The position numbers and the translations under genes are program-made. The notes below the pieces were generated by a model that had not been told where the DNA came from, did no database searches, and saw only the letters and a list, made by a program, of their open reading frames with translations. This document shows, piece by piece, positions 8,345 to 15,015 of a stretch of DNA of 24,000 nt (positions are counted from its first letter, which is position 1; every line of letters begins with the position of its first letter). The stretch comes from Antrihabitans sp. YC2-6 (lineage in GTDB: Bacteria; Actinomycetota; Actinomycetes; Mycobacteriales; Mycobacteriaceae). The stretch spans positions 1,145,531 to 1,169,530 of the forward strand of contig NZ_JAEMNW010000001.1 of assembly GCF_016481275.1 (NCBI RefSeq). Reading direction: 5' to 3'.

Positions 8345-9604
8345 TCAACCACGTTGCGCGAGAAATGCAACATCCACTTCGTCGCCGGTGCGTATTTCGG
8401 TGACGTCTGGATCGATCACGACGAGGCAATTGGCCTCGGCAAGCGTCGCGAGCAGGTGCGAAGACGACCCGGGTGCCCCGCCCAGTGCCTGAACCAGGTA
8501 CTCCCCCGTCGATTCGTCGCGCATGAGCTGCGCGCGCAGGAATCCCTTGCGGTTCTTGATCGATGTGATCGGGCCGACCGTGCGTGCGGAGACGATTCGC
8601 CGCATCGGCTGCCGCCGCCCGAGTGCTATTCGAATGAGCGGGCGGACCATCACCTCGAACACCACAAGCGCACCAACAGGATTGGCCGGTAGGAGAAAAG
8701 TCGGAACTTCGTCGCGGCCGAGTTGCCCGAAACCCTGCACAGAGCCGGGATGCATTGCGACACGCTCGACTTCCAGCTTGCCGAGTTCGGCCAACGCCTC
8801 CCGCACCTGCTCGGAGGCGCTGCCGCCGACCGCCCCCGCAATGACGACGAGTTCGGATCGGATCAGCTGGCCTTCGACGATCTCCCGCAACCGTTTCGGA
8901 TCGGTGCCGACTATCCCGACGCGGTTGACGTCCGCGCCGGCGTCGCGGGCCGCTGCCGCCAGCGCATAGGAGTTGACGTCGAAAACCTGACCGGGTCCCG
9001 GGACTCGATCGATGTCGACCAACTCGCCGCCGACCGAAATGATCGACACCCGAGGTCGCGGGTGAACGAGAACCTTGTCGCGCCCGACCGCCGCGAGCAA
9101 CCCGACCTGAGCAGCGCCGATGATCGTGCCCGAGCGGACAGCGACATCGCCGGGCTGCACGTCGTCGCCGGCCCTGCGAACGAAATCGCCGGACCTGACG
9201 GGCGCGAGGACCTTGATGCGGTCGCGGCTGCGGTTGGTCCGGTCGAGCGGGAGAACAGCATCGGCAAGGGTCGGCATCGGAGCACCGGTGTCGACCCGGA
9301 CAGCTTGGCGGGGCTGCAAACGCGTCGGCGTGCGTGACCCCGCCACCACTTCGCCGACAACAGGAAGGAGCACATCGGCGGTGTCGGCGGCTTCGCCGCG
9401 GCCGTCGATGCCGACGGCTGCCACATCGACACTTCGCACGGCATAGCCGTCGATAGCGGCTTGATCGAAGCCCGGCAATGCGTTCTCGGTGATCACTTCC
9501 TCGGCGCACAGCAGACCCTGCGCTTCCGATATCGCGACTCGGACCGGGCGCGGAGCGACAGCCGCAGCAGTCACTCTCGTCAATTGGTCCTCGACCGAGC
9601 GCAT
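8345..9604 (-). CDS. moeA: Molybdopterin molybdenumtransferase MoeA family (gephyrin-like; Glp-type by context)
   Basis: 419-aa ORF with a typical MoeA N-terminus (MRSVEDQLTRV...PGFDQAAIDGYAVR) and central and C-terminal MoeA domains. It lies between galU and the RimJ-like gene, as in Rv0993-Rv0995. Confidence 0.9.
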   Translation of the reverse strand: MRSVEDQLTRVTAAAVAPRPVRVAISEAQGLLCAEEVITENALPGFDQAAIDGYAVRSVDVAAVGIDGRGEAADTADVLLPVVGEVVAGSRTPTRLQPRQAVRVDTGAPMPTLADAVLPLDRTNRSRDRIKVLAPVRSGDFVRRAGDDVQPGDVAVRSGTIIGAAQVGLLAAVGRDKVLVHPRPRVSIISVGGELVDIDRVPGPGQVFDVNSYALAAAARDAGADVNRVGIVGTDPKRLREIVEGQLIRSELVVIAGAVGGSASEQVREALAELGKLEVERVAMHPGSVQGFGQLGRDEVPTFLLPANPVGALVVFEVMVRPLIRIALGRRQPMRRIVSARTVGPITSIKNRKGFLRAQLMRDESTGEYLVQALGGAPGSSSHLLATLAEANCLVVIDPDVTEIRTGDEVDVAFLAQRG

Positions 9605-9640
9605 GGCTCCCTTCCGGTACGTCCTGTCAGTGCAAGCGGC

Positions 9641-10585
9641 TTATTCGTACGTCGTGAGCTGGGGCGCCCAGTCGTCGCTGAGCCGGTGCACCAGCCACTC
9701 ACGCAGGGACGGTCCGTATTCGTCACTGTCCAAGGCAAAGTCAACCGCAGCGCGCAGGTAGCCGCCAGGATTTCCGAGGTCGTGTCGCGCACCGCGATGC
9801 ACGACGACGTGAACCGGATGACCCTCCGAGATCAACAATGCGATGGCATCGGTCAGCTGAAGCTCACCGCCGGAACCGGGTTTGATCCGGCGCAGGGCAT
9901 CGAAGATTGCACGATCGAGCAGGTACCGGCCTGCGGCGGCGAACGTCGAGGGCGCATCCTCGATCGCCGGCTTCTCGACCATGCTCAGCACTTTGAGGAC
10001 GTTCGGGTTCACCGCGTCCGGCACTTCTTCGACCTCGAAGACGCCGTAGGCGCTCACCTGGTCTTTGGGAACGTCGATCGCACACAGCACCGAGCCGCCG
10101 CGCTTACGCCGAACGCGCGACATCACATCGAGCACACCTCGCGGTACGACGAGATCGTCGGGCAGCAGAACCGCGATGGCGGTCTCGTCGTCGTCGAGGA
10201 CCTTTTCGGCCTGCGCGACGGCGTGTCCGAGCCCGAGCGGTTCCTCCTGGACCACCGACTCGACTTCCAGCAGTCCTGGCGCTTTTCGCACCTTCTCGAG
10301 CAATTTGAACTTGCCCTTGGCCTTGAGCTTGCTTTCGAGGACGAGGTCTTCGACGAAGTGCGCCACGACGCCGTCCTTACCGGGCGACGTCACGATCACG
10401 AGCCGCTCGGCTCCCGAATCGGCCGCCTCTCCGGCAACCAACTCGATACCCGGCGTGTCCACGACGGGAAGCAATTCCTTCGGCACTGTCTTCGTCGCCG
10501 GTAGAAACCTGGTTCCCATGCCTGCAGCGGGCACCACGGCTGTTCGAAAGCACGGCGTAACGGTTTCACCAGTGCCAGCTGTCAT
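9641..10585 (-). CDS. galU: UTP--glucose-1-phosphate uridylyltransferase
   Basis: Track ORF 9641..10618. ATG at 10585 is preferred (MTAGTGETVTPCFRTAVVPAAGMGTRFLPATKTVPKELLPVVD...). The GalU signature AAGxGTRFLPATK is present. Confidence 0.9.
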   Translation of the reverse strand: MTAGTGETVTPCFRTAVVPAAGMGTRFLPATKTVPKELLPVVDTPGIELVAGEAADSGAERLVIVTSPGKDGVVAHFVEDLVLESKLKAKGKFKLLEKVRKAPGLLEVESVVQEEPLGLGHAVAQAEKVLDDDETAIAVLLPDDLVVPRGVLDVMSRVRRKRGGSVLCAIDVPKDQVSAYGVFEVEEVPDAVNPNVLKVLSMVEKPAIEDAPSTFAAAGRYLLDRAIFDALRRIKPGSGGELQLTDAIALLISEGHPVHVVVHRGARHDLGNPGGYLRAAVDFALDSDEYGPSLREWLVHRLSDDWAPQLTTYE

Positions 10586-10605
10586 ACCCAACACCCTATC
10601 TACTC

Positions 10606-11253
10606 GTGGCGTGCGCATTGCGTCCGATGCAGCCTATGGTGAACCGCGTGAACTCGCGCGCAGATCGGCGCCAGCCCGATTCACCCGGCAAAGCGGAGTG
10701 GCGCAAAAGAATTCTGCGCGCCCGTCGGGCCTTGGATTCCGCCGTTCATGAATCCGAAGCCCATTCGCTCGCCGCCGCTGCGCGGGTGCTGGCAGTCGCA
10801 GACGCCACGGTGTGCGCATATGTCCCGGTAGGCAGCGAACCCGGCTCTATTGCAATGCTCGACGAACTGGTGAGCGGCGGCTCGCGCGTGTTGCTACCGG
10901 TCGCGCGCGAAGCGGGCCCACTGCGTTGGGCGCAATACGAGGGGACCGACTCGCTCGTCCCGGCGCCGTTCGGGTTACTGGAACCCGCGGGCCACGTCCT
11001 GGCCGAAGAAGAGATCGCGTCGGCGACAATCGTTCTCGTGCCCGCGCTCGCGGTGGACCGCCGGGGAGTACGGCTCGGCCGTGGCGCGGGGTTCTACGAC
11101 CGCACCCTCGGAATGGCCGGTCCACGTGCACGTTTGCTTGCTGTTGTGCGCGACGACGAGGTTGTCGACCACCTGCCCGCGGACCCGCACGACAGGCCGA
11201 TTCACGCCGCGCTGACACCCAATCATGGGATCATCGAACTCGGTGCCTTGTGA
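10606..11253 (+). CDS. 5-formyltetrahydrofolate cyclo-ligase
   Basis: 215-aa ORF containing KAEWRKRILRARRAL, VPALAVDRRGVRLGRGAGFYDR and a typical C-terminus. The true start may be one of the internal Met codons (10627 or 10636), because the galU start lies only ~20-50 nt away on the other strand. Confidence 0.85.
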   Translation: MACALRPMQPMVNRVNSRADRRQPDSPGKAEWRKRILRARRALDSAVHESEAHSLAAAARVLAVADATVCAYVPVGSEPGSIAMLDELVSGGSRVLLPVAREAGPLRWAQYEGTDSLVPAPFGLLEPAGHVLAEEEIASATIVLVPALAVDRRGVRLGRGAGFYDRTLGMAGPRARLLAVVRDDEVVDHLPADPHDRPIHAALTPNHGIIELGAL

Positions 11254-11287
11254 GATCGCTCGCGGAATAACACCAGGAATAGCGGTG

Positions 11288-11314
11288 TTGGCACTGTGGC
11301 CGGTAGAGTGCTAG
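11288..11314. promoter_or_regulatory. CIRCE-like HrcA operator upstream of the FmdB/Ruc-type gene
   Basis: TTGGCACTG-N9-GAGTGCTAG compared with the CIRCE consensus TTAGCACTC-N9-GAGTGCTAA: 15 of 18 positions match and the 9-nt spacer is exact. It sits 47 nt upstream of the GTG start at 11361. Confidence 0.75.
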
Positions 11315-11360
11315 AACTTGCGCTCTTCGGTGAACCGGAGCAAACACTGCGGAGGAAACA

Positions 11361-11681
11361 GTGCCTACCTATTCGTATGCGTGTACTCAGTGCGACAACC
11401 GATTCGACATCGTGCAGTCGTTCTCCGACGATGCGTTGACGGTCTGCTCCGAGTGCTCGGGCAAGCTCCGCAAGCTGTTCAACTCGGTCGGAATCGTCTT
11501 CAAGGGCAGCGGTTTCTACCGCAACGACAGCCGGGACAGCAAGGCCGGTTCCAGCGTGACGGCCTCTTCGGACTCCTCGAGCAAGTCCGAATCCAGCTCA
11601 TCGAGCGACTCGGCGAAAAAGTCCGAAACCAGTTCGTCGACCCCCGCCAAGCCGTCGACGACACAGGCCGTGGCCAGCTAG
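11361..11681 (+). CDS. FmdB-family zinc-ribbon protein with disordered Ser-rich tail (Rv0991c/Ruc-like)
   Basis: GTG start with GGAGGAAACA immediately upstream. The protein begins MPTYSYACTQCDNRFDIVQSFSDDALTVCSECSGKLRKLF (CxxC...CxxC) and ends in a low-complexity S/K/E-rich C-terminus. Confidence 0.9.
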   Translation: MPTYSYACTQCDNRFDIVQSFSDDALTVCSECSGKLRKLFNSVGIVFKGSGFYRNDSRDSKAGSSVTASSDSSSKSESSSSSDSAKKSETSSSTPAKPSTTQAVAS

Positions 11682-11687
11682 TTCGCG

Positions 11688-11716
11688 GGTTATCCACAAG
11701 CTTTCGGTTATCCACA
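11688..11716 (+). repeat. Tandem direct repeat of GGTTATCCACA (two perfect TTATCCACA DnaA-box-type 9-mers, 18-bp period)
   Basis: GGTTATCCACA occurs at 11688-11698 and again at 11706-11716. A third partial TCCAC motif lies at about 11736. The repeat sits between the FmdB-type gene and the SAF-domain gene. Confidence 0.6.
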
Positions 11717-11768
11717 GGTGCCGCCTTTGCGACCCGTCCACGAGGTTGGTGCGATCTAGGCTCCGGTC

Positions 11769-12419
11769 ATGCCACGCCAGCACCGCCTTGCTCCAGCTCT
11801 GCACCACCGCCTGTCCGAGTCCATGCGGCCCAACTGGGCGCGTACCGTACTGGCTCGACGTATAGCCGCGGCAGCACTTCTCGTGCTCGCCGCGGCCTTG
11901 TTCGTTCGTGGTGACCCGAATACCGAGCGCGCGGCCGTGGTCGTCGCACATCGCGACCTTGCACCGGGCCGAGTGTTGAGCGCCGAGGACGTCACCGTCG
12001 TCGAAAACCCGGCGGCAACCCTGCCCGCCGGGGCACTGCGCGAGGCGAGCGACGTGATCGGCCGAACGCTGGCGGGTGCTGTTCGGGACGGCGAAATGCT
12101 GACCGATGTCGCGGTACTCGGTCCGCGTCTGGCCGCTGCAGCGGTTGGTTCCGCGGATTCCCGCGTCGTTCCGGTGCGTTTGGCCGACCCGGGCGTTGCT
12201 GAGCTGTTGCGGGAGGGTGATCGTGTGGACGTTGTCACAGCCGACGACCGCACCGACCCCACCACACTCGCGACCGATGCGGCGGTGGTCCTGGTCGCGC
12301 GGACGGGTACCGAGCGCGCGAGCTCGGAACCGGTCGTCATGCTGGCGCTGCCATTGCGTGAGGCCGGAGCGGTTGCCGGAGCGTCGCTCACGAAGGCGCT
12401 GACGGTTATCTTGCACTGA
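11769..12419 (+). CDS. SAF domain-containing protein (Rv0990c-like)
   Basis: 216-aa ORF with an N-terminal TM/anchor (ARRIAAAALLVLAAALF) followed by a SAF-like segment (VVVAHRDLAPGRVLSAEDV...DVIGRTLAGAVRDGEMLT). TAGGCT lies 6 nt upstream of the ATG, which suggests a leaderless mRNA. An alternative start is ATG at 11823. Confidence 0.7.
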   Translation: MPRQHRLAPALHHRLSESMRPNWARTVLARRIAAAALLVLAAALFVRGDPNTERAAVVVAHRDLAPGRVLSAEDVTVVENPAATLPAGALREASDVIGRTLAGAVRDGEMLTDVAVLGPRLAAAAVGSADSRVVPVRLADPGVAELLREGDRVDVVTADDRTDPTTLATDAAVVLVARTGTERASSEPVVMLALPLREAGAVAGASLTKALTVILH

Positions 12420-12529
12420 AACCGAATGGATTTCGACAACGTAACTAAGCACGCGGCGAGCCCACTCAGTCGTTAGCATTCTCGAGTATCCGGTAGGCAC
12501 CAACCACAGCGAACGATCGGAGTTTCAGA

Positions 12530-12946
12530 ATGCTCAAGGGCTTCAAAGACTTTCTTATGAAAGGCAATGTCGTAGACCTGGCGGTCGCGTTCGTCATGGG
12601 CACGGCGTTCACCGCGATTGTCACGGCATTCAGCACCAAGATCATCAACCCGATGATCGCCGCACTCGGCGGCGGCAACAGCATCGGACTGGGTTTCCAA
12701 ATTCGCGGCGACAACCCGAACACGTTCATCGACATCGGCGCTGTCATCACGGCCGGCATCAACTTCACGTTGATCGCGGCAGTCCTCTACTTCGTGCTCG
12801 TGATGCCGATGGATACCGTCAAGAAGCGCCGGATTCAGGAAGGCGACGTCGAACTCTCCGACAACGACGTGCTCATCCAGATTCGCGATCTGCTTTCCAC
12901 CGGCAGCGCGCCGGGGGTCGAAGGCGGCAAGCACGGCGGCGCCTAA
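12530..12946 (+). CDS. mscL: Large-conductance mechanosensitive channel
   Basis: 138 aa beginning MLKGFKDFLMKGNVVDLAVAFVMGTAFTAIV, the canonical MscL N-terminus and TM1. GGAG lies 8 nt upstream of the start. Confidence 0.95.
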   Translation: MLKGFKDFLMKGNVVDLAVAFVMGTAFTAIVTAFSTKIINPMIAALGGGNSIGLGFQIRGDNPNTFIDIGAVITAGINFTLIAAVLYFVLVMPMDTVKKRRIQEGDVELSDNDVLIQIRDLLSTGSAPGVEGGKHGGA

Positions 12947-12966
12947 AGCGCTTCGCTTTTCTCGCG

Positions 12967-12994
12967 GGCCCAGCACCGAACAAGGTGCTGGGCC
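12967..12994 (+). terminator. Stem-loop downstream of mscL (11-bp perfect stem, 6-nt loop)
   Basis: GGCCCAGCACC-GAACAA-GGTGCTGGGCC, 21 nt after the mscL stop codon. There is no clear U-tract, which is common in actinobacteria. Confidence 0.6.
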
Positions 12995-13016
12995 TAGCTT
13001 TACCCCCGACCTCCCG

Positions 13017-13075
13017 CCGAGTGTGCACCTTTCGCTGCCTGCACTCGACAATGCGGCGAAAAGTGCACACTCGCG
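13017..13075. repeat. Long imperfect inverted repeat (about 18-bp arms, about 20-nt loop) in the convergent intergenic region
   Basis: CCGAGTGTGCACCTTTCGC ... GCGAAAAGTGCACACTCG. An 11-bp perfect core (CGAGTGTGCAC / GTGCACACTCG) is present, and each arm contains a GTGCAC palindrome. Confidence 0.5.
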
Positions 13076-13090
13076 GGGTGACTGGACACG

Positions 13091-13131
13091 AAAAAGCCTG
13101 TGCCCGACCGGTTTACCGGTCGGGCACAGGC
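13091..13131 (-). terminator. Rho-independent terminator of the porin gene
   Basis: On the minus strand: GCCTGTGCCCGACCGG-TAAA-CCGGTCGGGCACAGGC, a 16-bp perfect stem followed by TTTTT. It begins 31 nt after the porin stop codon. Confidence 0.85.
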
Positions 13132-13161
13132 CGTCGAACTCAACTACGAACAGCTATCCGA

Positions 13162-13821
13162 TCAGTTACGGAAGATCGGGCCATACGCAACGACGGTGTC
13201 GCCGTTGTCGCTGACAACCTTCACGTACGGACGGATGCTGGTCTGACCGAGCACACCGGTGACGGTGCCCTGAATACCACCAATGGCGATCGAGCCCGAA
13301 CCACCCGTGACAGAGCCCTCTGCGACGTCTACGGAAACGATACCGGGACCGAAGCTGGCGCCAATTTCCATGCCGATAACCGGGATCAGGTTTGTGAACA
13401 GCAACGCTATTCCTGCACCATCCTGGTCGGCGGCGAGGTCTAGCTCAAGGTCTGGCGACTGCCACTTGAAGTAGACGCGACCGTCGGCAGTTGCAGGATA
13501 GCCGATCTGGTAGCCGAGAGTCACGGTCCCCGAGAAGTCGTCACCTGCAACGAAGCCTGCGCGACCGCTGTGGAAGAACTCCCGTGAAACCGGGTTACCG
13601 TCGAGCGGCGGTACAAACGAAATGCTCGTGTCGATCGTCTGGGCCTCGATGCGGTTTCCGCCGCCATCGACGATGTAAGCCGATCCATCGAGTGCGGCCG
13701 ATGCGGTGCCGCTGTTACCCAGCGCCAAAGCAATCGTGGCGACAGACGCGATGGCTACCGCGCGGATGAATCCCAATCCACGGCGCCGGCGGAACGTACG
13801 TGTTTCCGTCATCAACCTCAT
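13162..13821 (-). CDS. MspA-family porin precursor
   Basis: 219-aa ORF (or ATG at 13812, MTETRTF). The signal peptide ends ..GNSGTASA|ALDG. Mature regions REFFHSGRAGFVAG, TLGYQIGYP, GPGIVSVDVAEGSVTGG, GTVTGVLGQTSIRPY and GDTVVAYGP align motif-for-motif with M. smegmatis MspA as I recall it (REWFHSGRA, LGYQIGFP, GPGIQEV, GTVTGAAGGVLLRPF, GDSVTTYGEP). Confidence 0.85.
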   Translation of the reverse strand: MRLMTETRTFRRRRGLGFIRAVAIASVATIALALGNSGTASAALDGSAYIVDGGGNRIEAQTIDTSISFVPPLDGNPVSREFFHSGRAGFVAGDDFSGTVTLGYQIGYPATADGRVYFKWQSPDLELDLAADQDGAGIALLFTNLIPVIGMEIGASFGPGIVSVDVAEGSVTGGSGSIAIGGIQGTVTGVLGQTSIRPYVKVVSDNGDTVVAYGPIFRN

Positions 13822-14368
13822 CCATTCATTTTTCAGTGCCGCCCGGCAAGAGCGGCCCCAGCCACGGCTCTCGAGGCTGGGCGAGCAGTTCCCAATGGGA
13901 TCCAGCGGTAGTATTTCGCAAAGTGATTACGGTCATGTAACGGCCCGCAAACTCCTCGCAAACTACGCTGAACGTGGTCTAAGCGCAGAAAAGGTGAACC
14001 ACGCTTAGGACCGGCTCGAAACAGGACACTAACGGGCTGATAAAGAACCGGCAACGGCAAGCCTCACCGGGCAAGTGTGATCTACATCACATTCGGCCTT
14101 CGCAATGTTTCCCGAGGCCCGAACTGGGCGCCTCCTGTGATCTTGGTCATTGCCCTGACCTGCAAGTTCACGTCAATGACACAAAACCACAGAGATTGCA
14201 ACAATCAATTGCCGAACCCGGCACAGATCAGTGCTGCTAGACGTGATGCGGTGGTACCTCTCCGCGAATCCAATCGTCGGCATGTTTACCTGACGACCTT
14301 TCGTCGGAATTTTCTTCGTCACACCATTTATCGGACAAAGATTCGCCAAAAACGCGATCCAACTTTGC

Positions 14369-14400
14369 CCGATCGACCGCTTTCGATTGCGGTCGATCGG
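14369..14400 (-). terminator. Stem-loop downstream of moaB (12-bp perfect stem, 8-nt loop)
   Basis: CCGATCGACCGC-N8-GCGGTCGATCGG, 37 nt past the moaB stop codon. On the minus strand a TTTTT run follows about 20 nt later. Confidence 0.55.
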
Positions 14401-14436
14401 ACCGACCGGTATTGCTTTCGGTCCCGTCGGAGATTT

Positions 14437-15015
14437 CTATTCCGCCAATCCGGAAAGCTCGCCGATCACGTGCGTCGCCAGCGGAGTCAAAGTAGCCATG
14501 CCGTCGCGGATCGCGGCGCGCGATGCGGCGAGGTTTACGACGAGTGTGCTTCCCGACACGCCGACCAGACCGCGTGAGAGACCTGCATCGAGCGCGCCGG
14601 CAGCCAGACCCGAAGAACGGAGGGCCTCGCTGATACCCAACAATTCGCGGTCGAGGACGTCGGCAGTCGCATCCGGCGTGACGTCACGCGGCGACACACC
14701 TGTACCGCCGACCGAAATGACAAGGTCGACGCCACCGATCACCGCAGTGTTCAGCGCGTTCCGGATTTCGACCTCGTCAGCGGCGACGAGAACCGTCGCG
14801 TCGACGAGGAAGCCTGCTTCGTTGAGCAACTCCGTGACCAGCGGGCCGGTACTGCTCGACCCGTCTGTGTGGGCAACACGGTCGTCGACAATCACTACGA
14901 GAGCACGGCCCGCAACTGGGACATCGATTTCCATGCTGCCTACCGTAGTGCCACGCAGTTCTCGCGTAGAGACCTGCCCGGGAAACGAATACTGGGTACG
15001 CCCGATCGTCCGCAT
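14437..15015 (-). CDS. moaB: Molybdenum cofactor biosynthesis protein B (MoaB/MogA family; Rv0984-like)
   Basis: Sequence includes ALVVIVDDR...STGPLVTELLNEAGFLVD...DLVISVGGTGVSPRDVTPDA...GLVGVSGSTLVVNLAAS. The ATG at 15015 overlaps the pepD TGA (TGATG), indicating translational coupling. A shorter start (MEIDVP) is possible. Confidence 0.85.
   Translation of the reverse strand: MRTIGRTQYSFPGQVSTRELRGTTVGSMEIDVPVAGRALVVIVDDRVAHTDGSSSTGPLVTELLNEAGFLVDATVLVAADEVEIRNALNTAVIGGVDLVISVGGTGVSPRDVTPDATADVLDRELLGISEALRSSGLAAGALDAGLSRGLVGVSGSTLVVNLAASRAAIRDGMATLTPLATHVIGELSGLAE

Noticed and set aside
8328-9509. Upstream 394 aa of the 612-aa track ORF 7671..9509
   Set aside because: It lies out of frame on the same strand within moeA and is extremely Arg-rich. 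Only the last 218 aa (the RimJ-like GNAT) are credible.
11289-11300. TGGCAC motif resembling the -24 element of a sigma-54 promoter
   Set aside because: No TTGC -12 element follows at the correct spacing, and actinobacteria generally lack RpoN. The motif is explained as the left half of a CIRCE inverted repeat.
13750-13812. Twin-arginine (Tat) signal in the porin precursor (FRRRRGLGF)
   Set aside because: The Arg run is compatible with an ordinary positively charged n-region of a Sec signal peptide. The S/T-R-R-x-F-L-K consensus is not met, and MspA-type porins are not known to use Tat.
14077-14577. 166-aa plus-strand ORF in the porin upstream region
   Set aside because: It has A/T-rich, Arg-rich composition unlike local genes and no RBS. 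Its 3' end overlaps moaB antisense. I treat it as non-coding.
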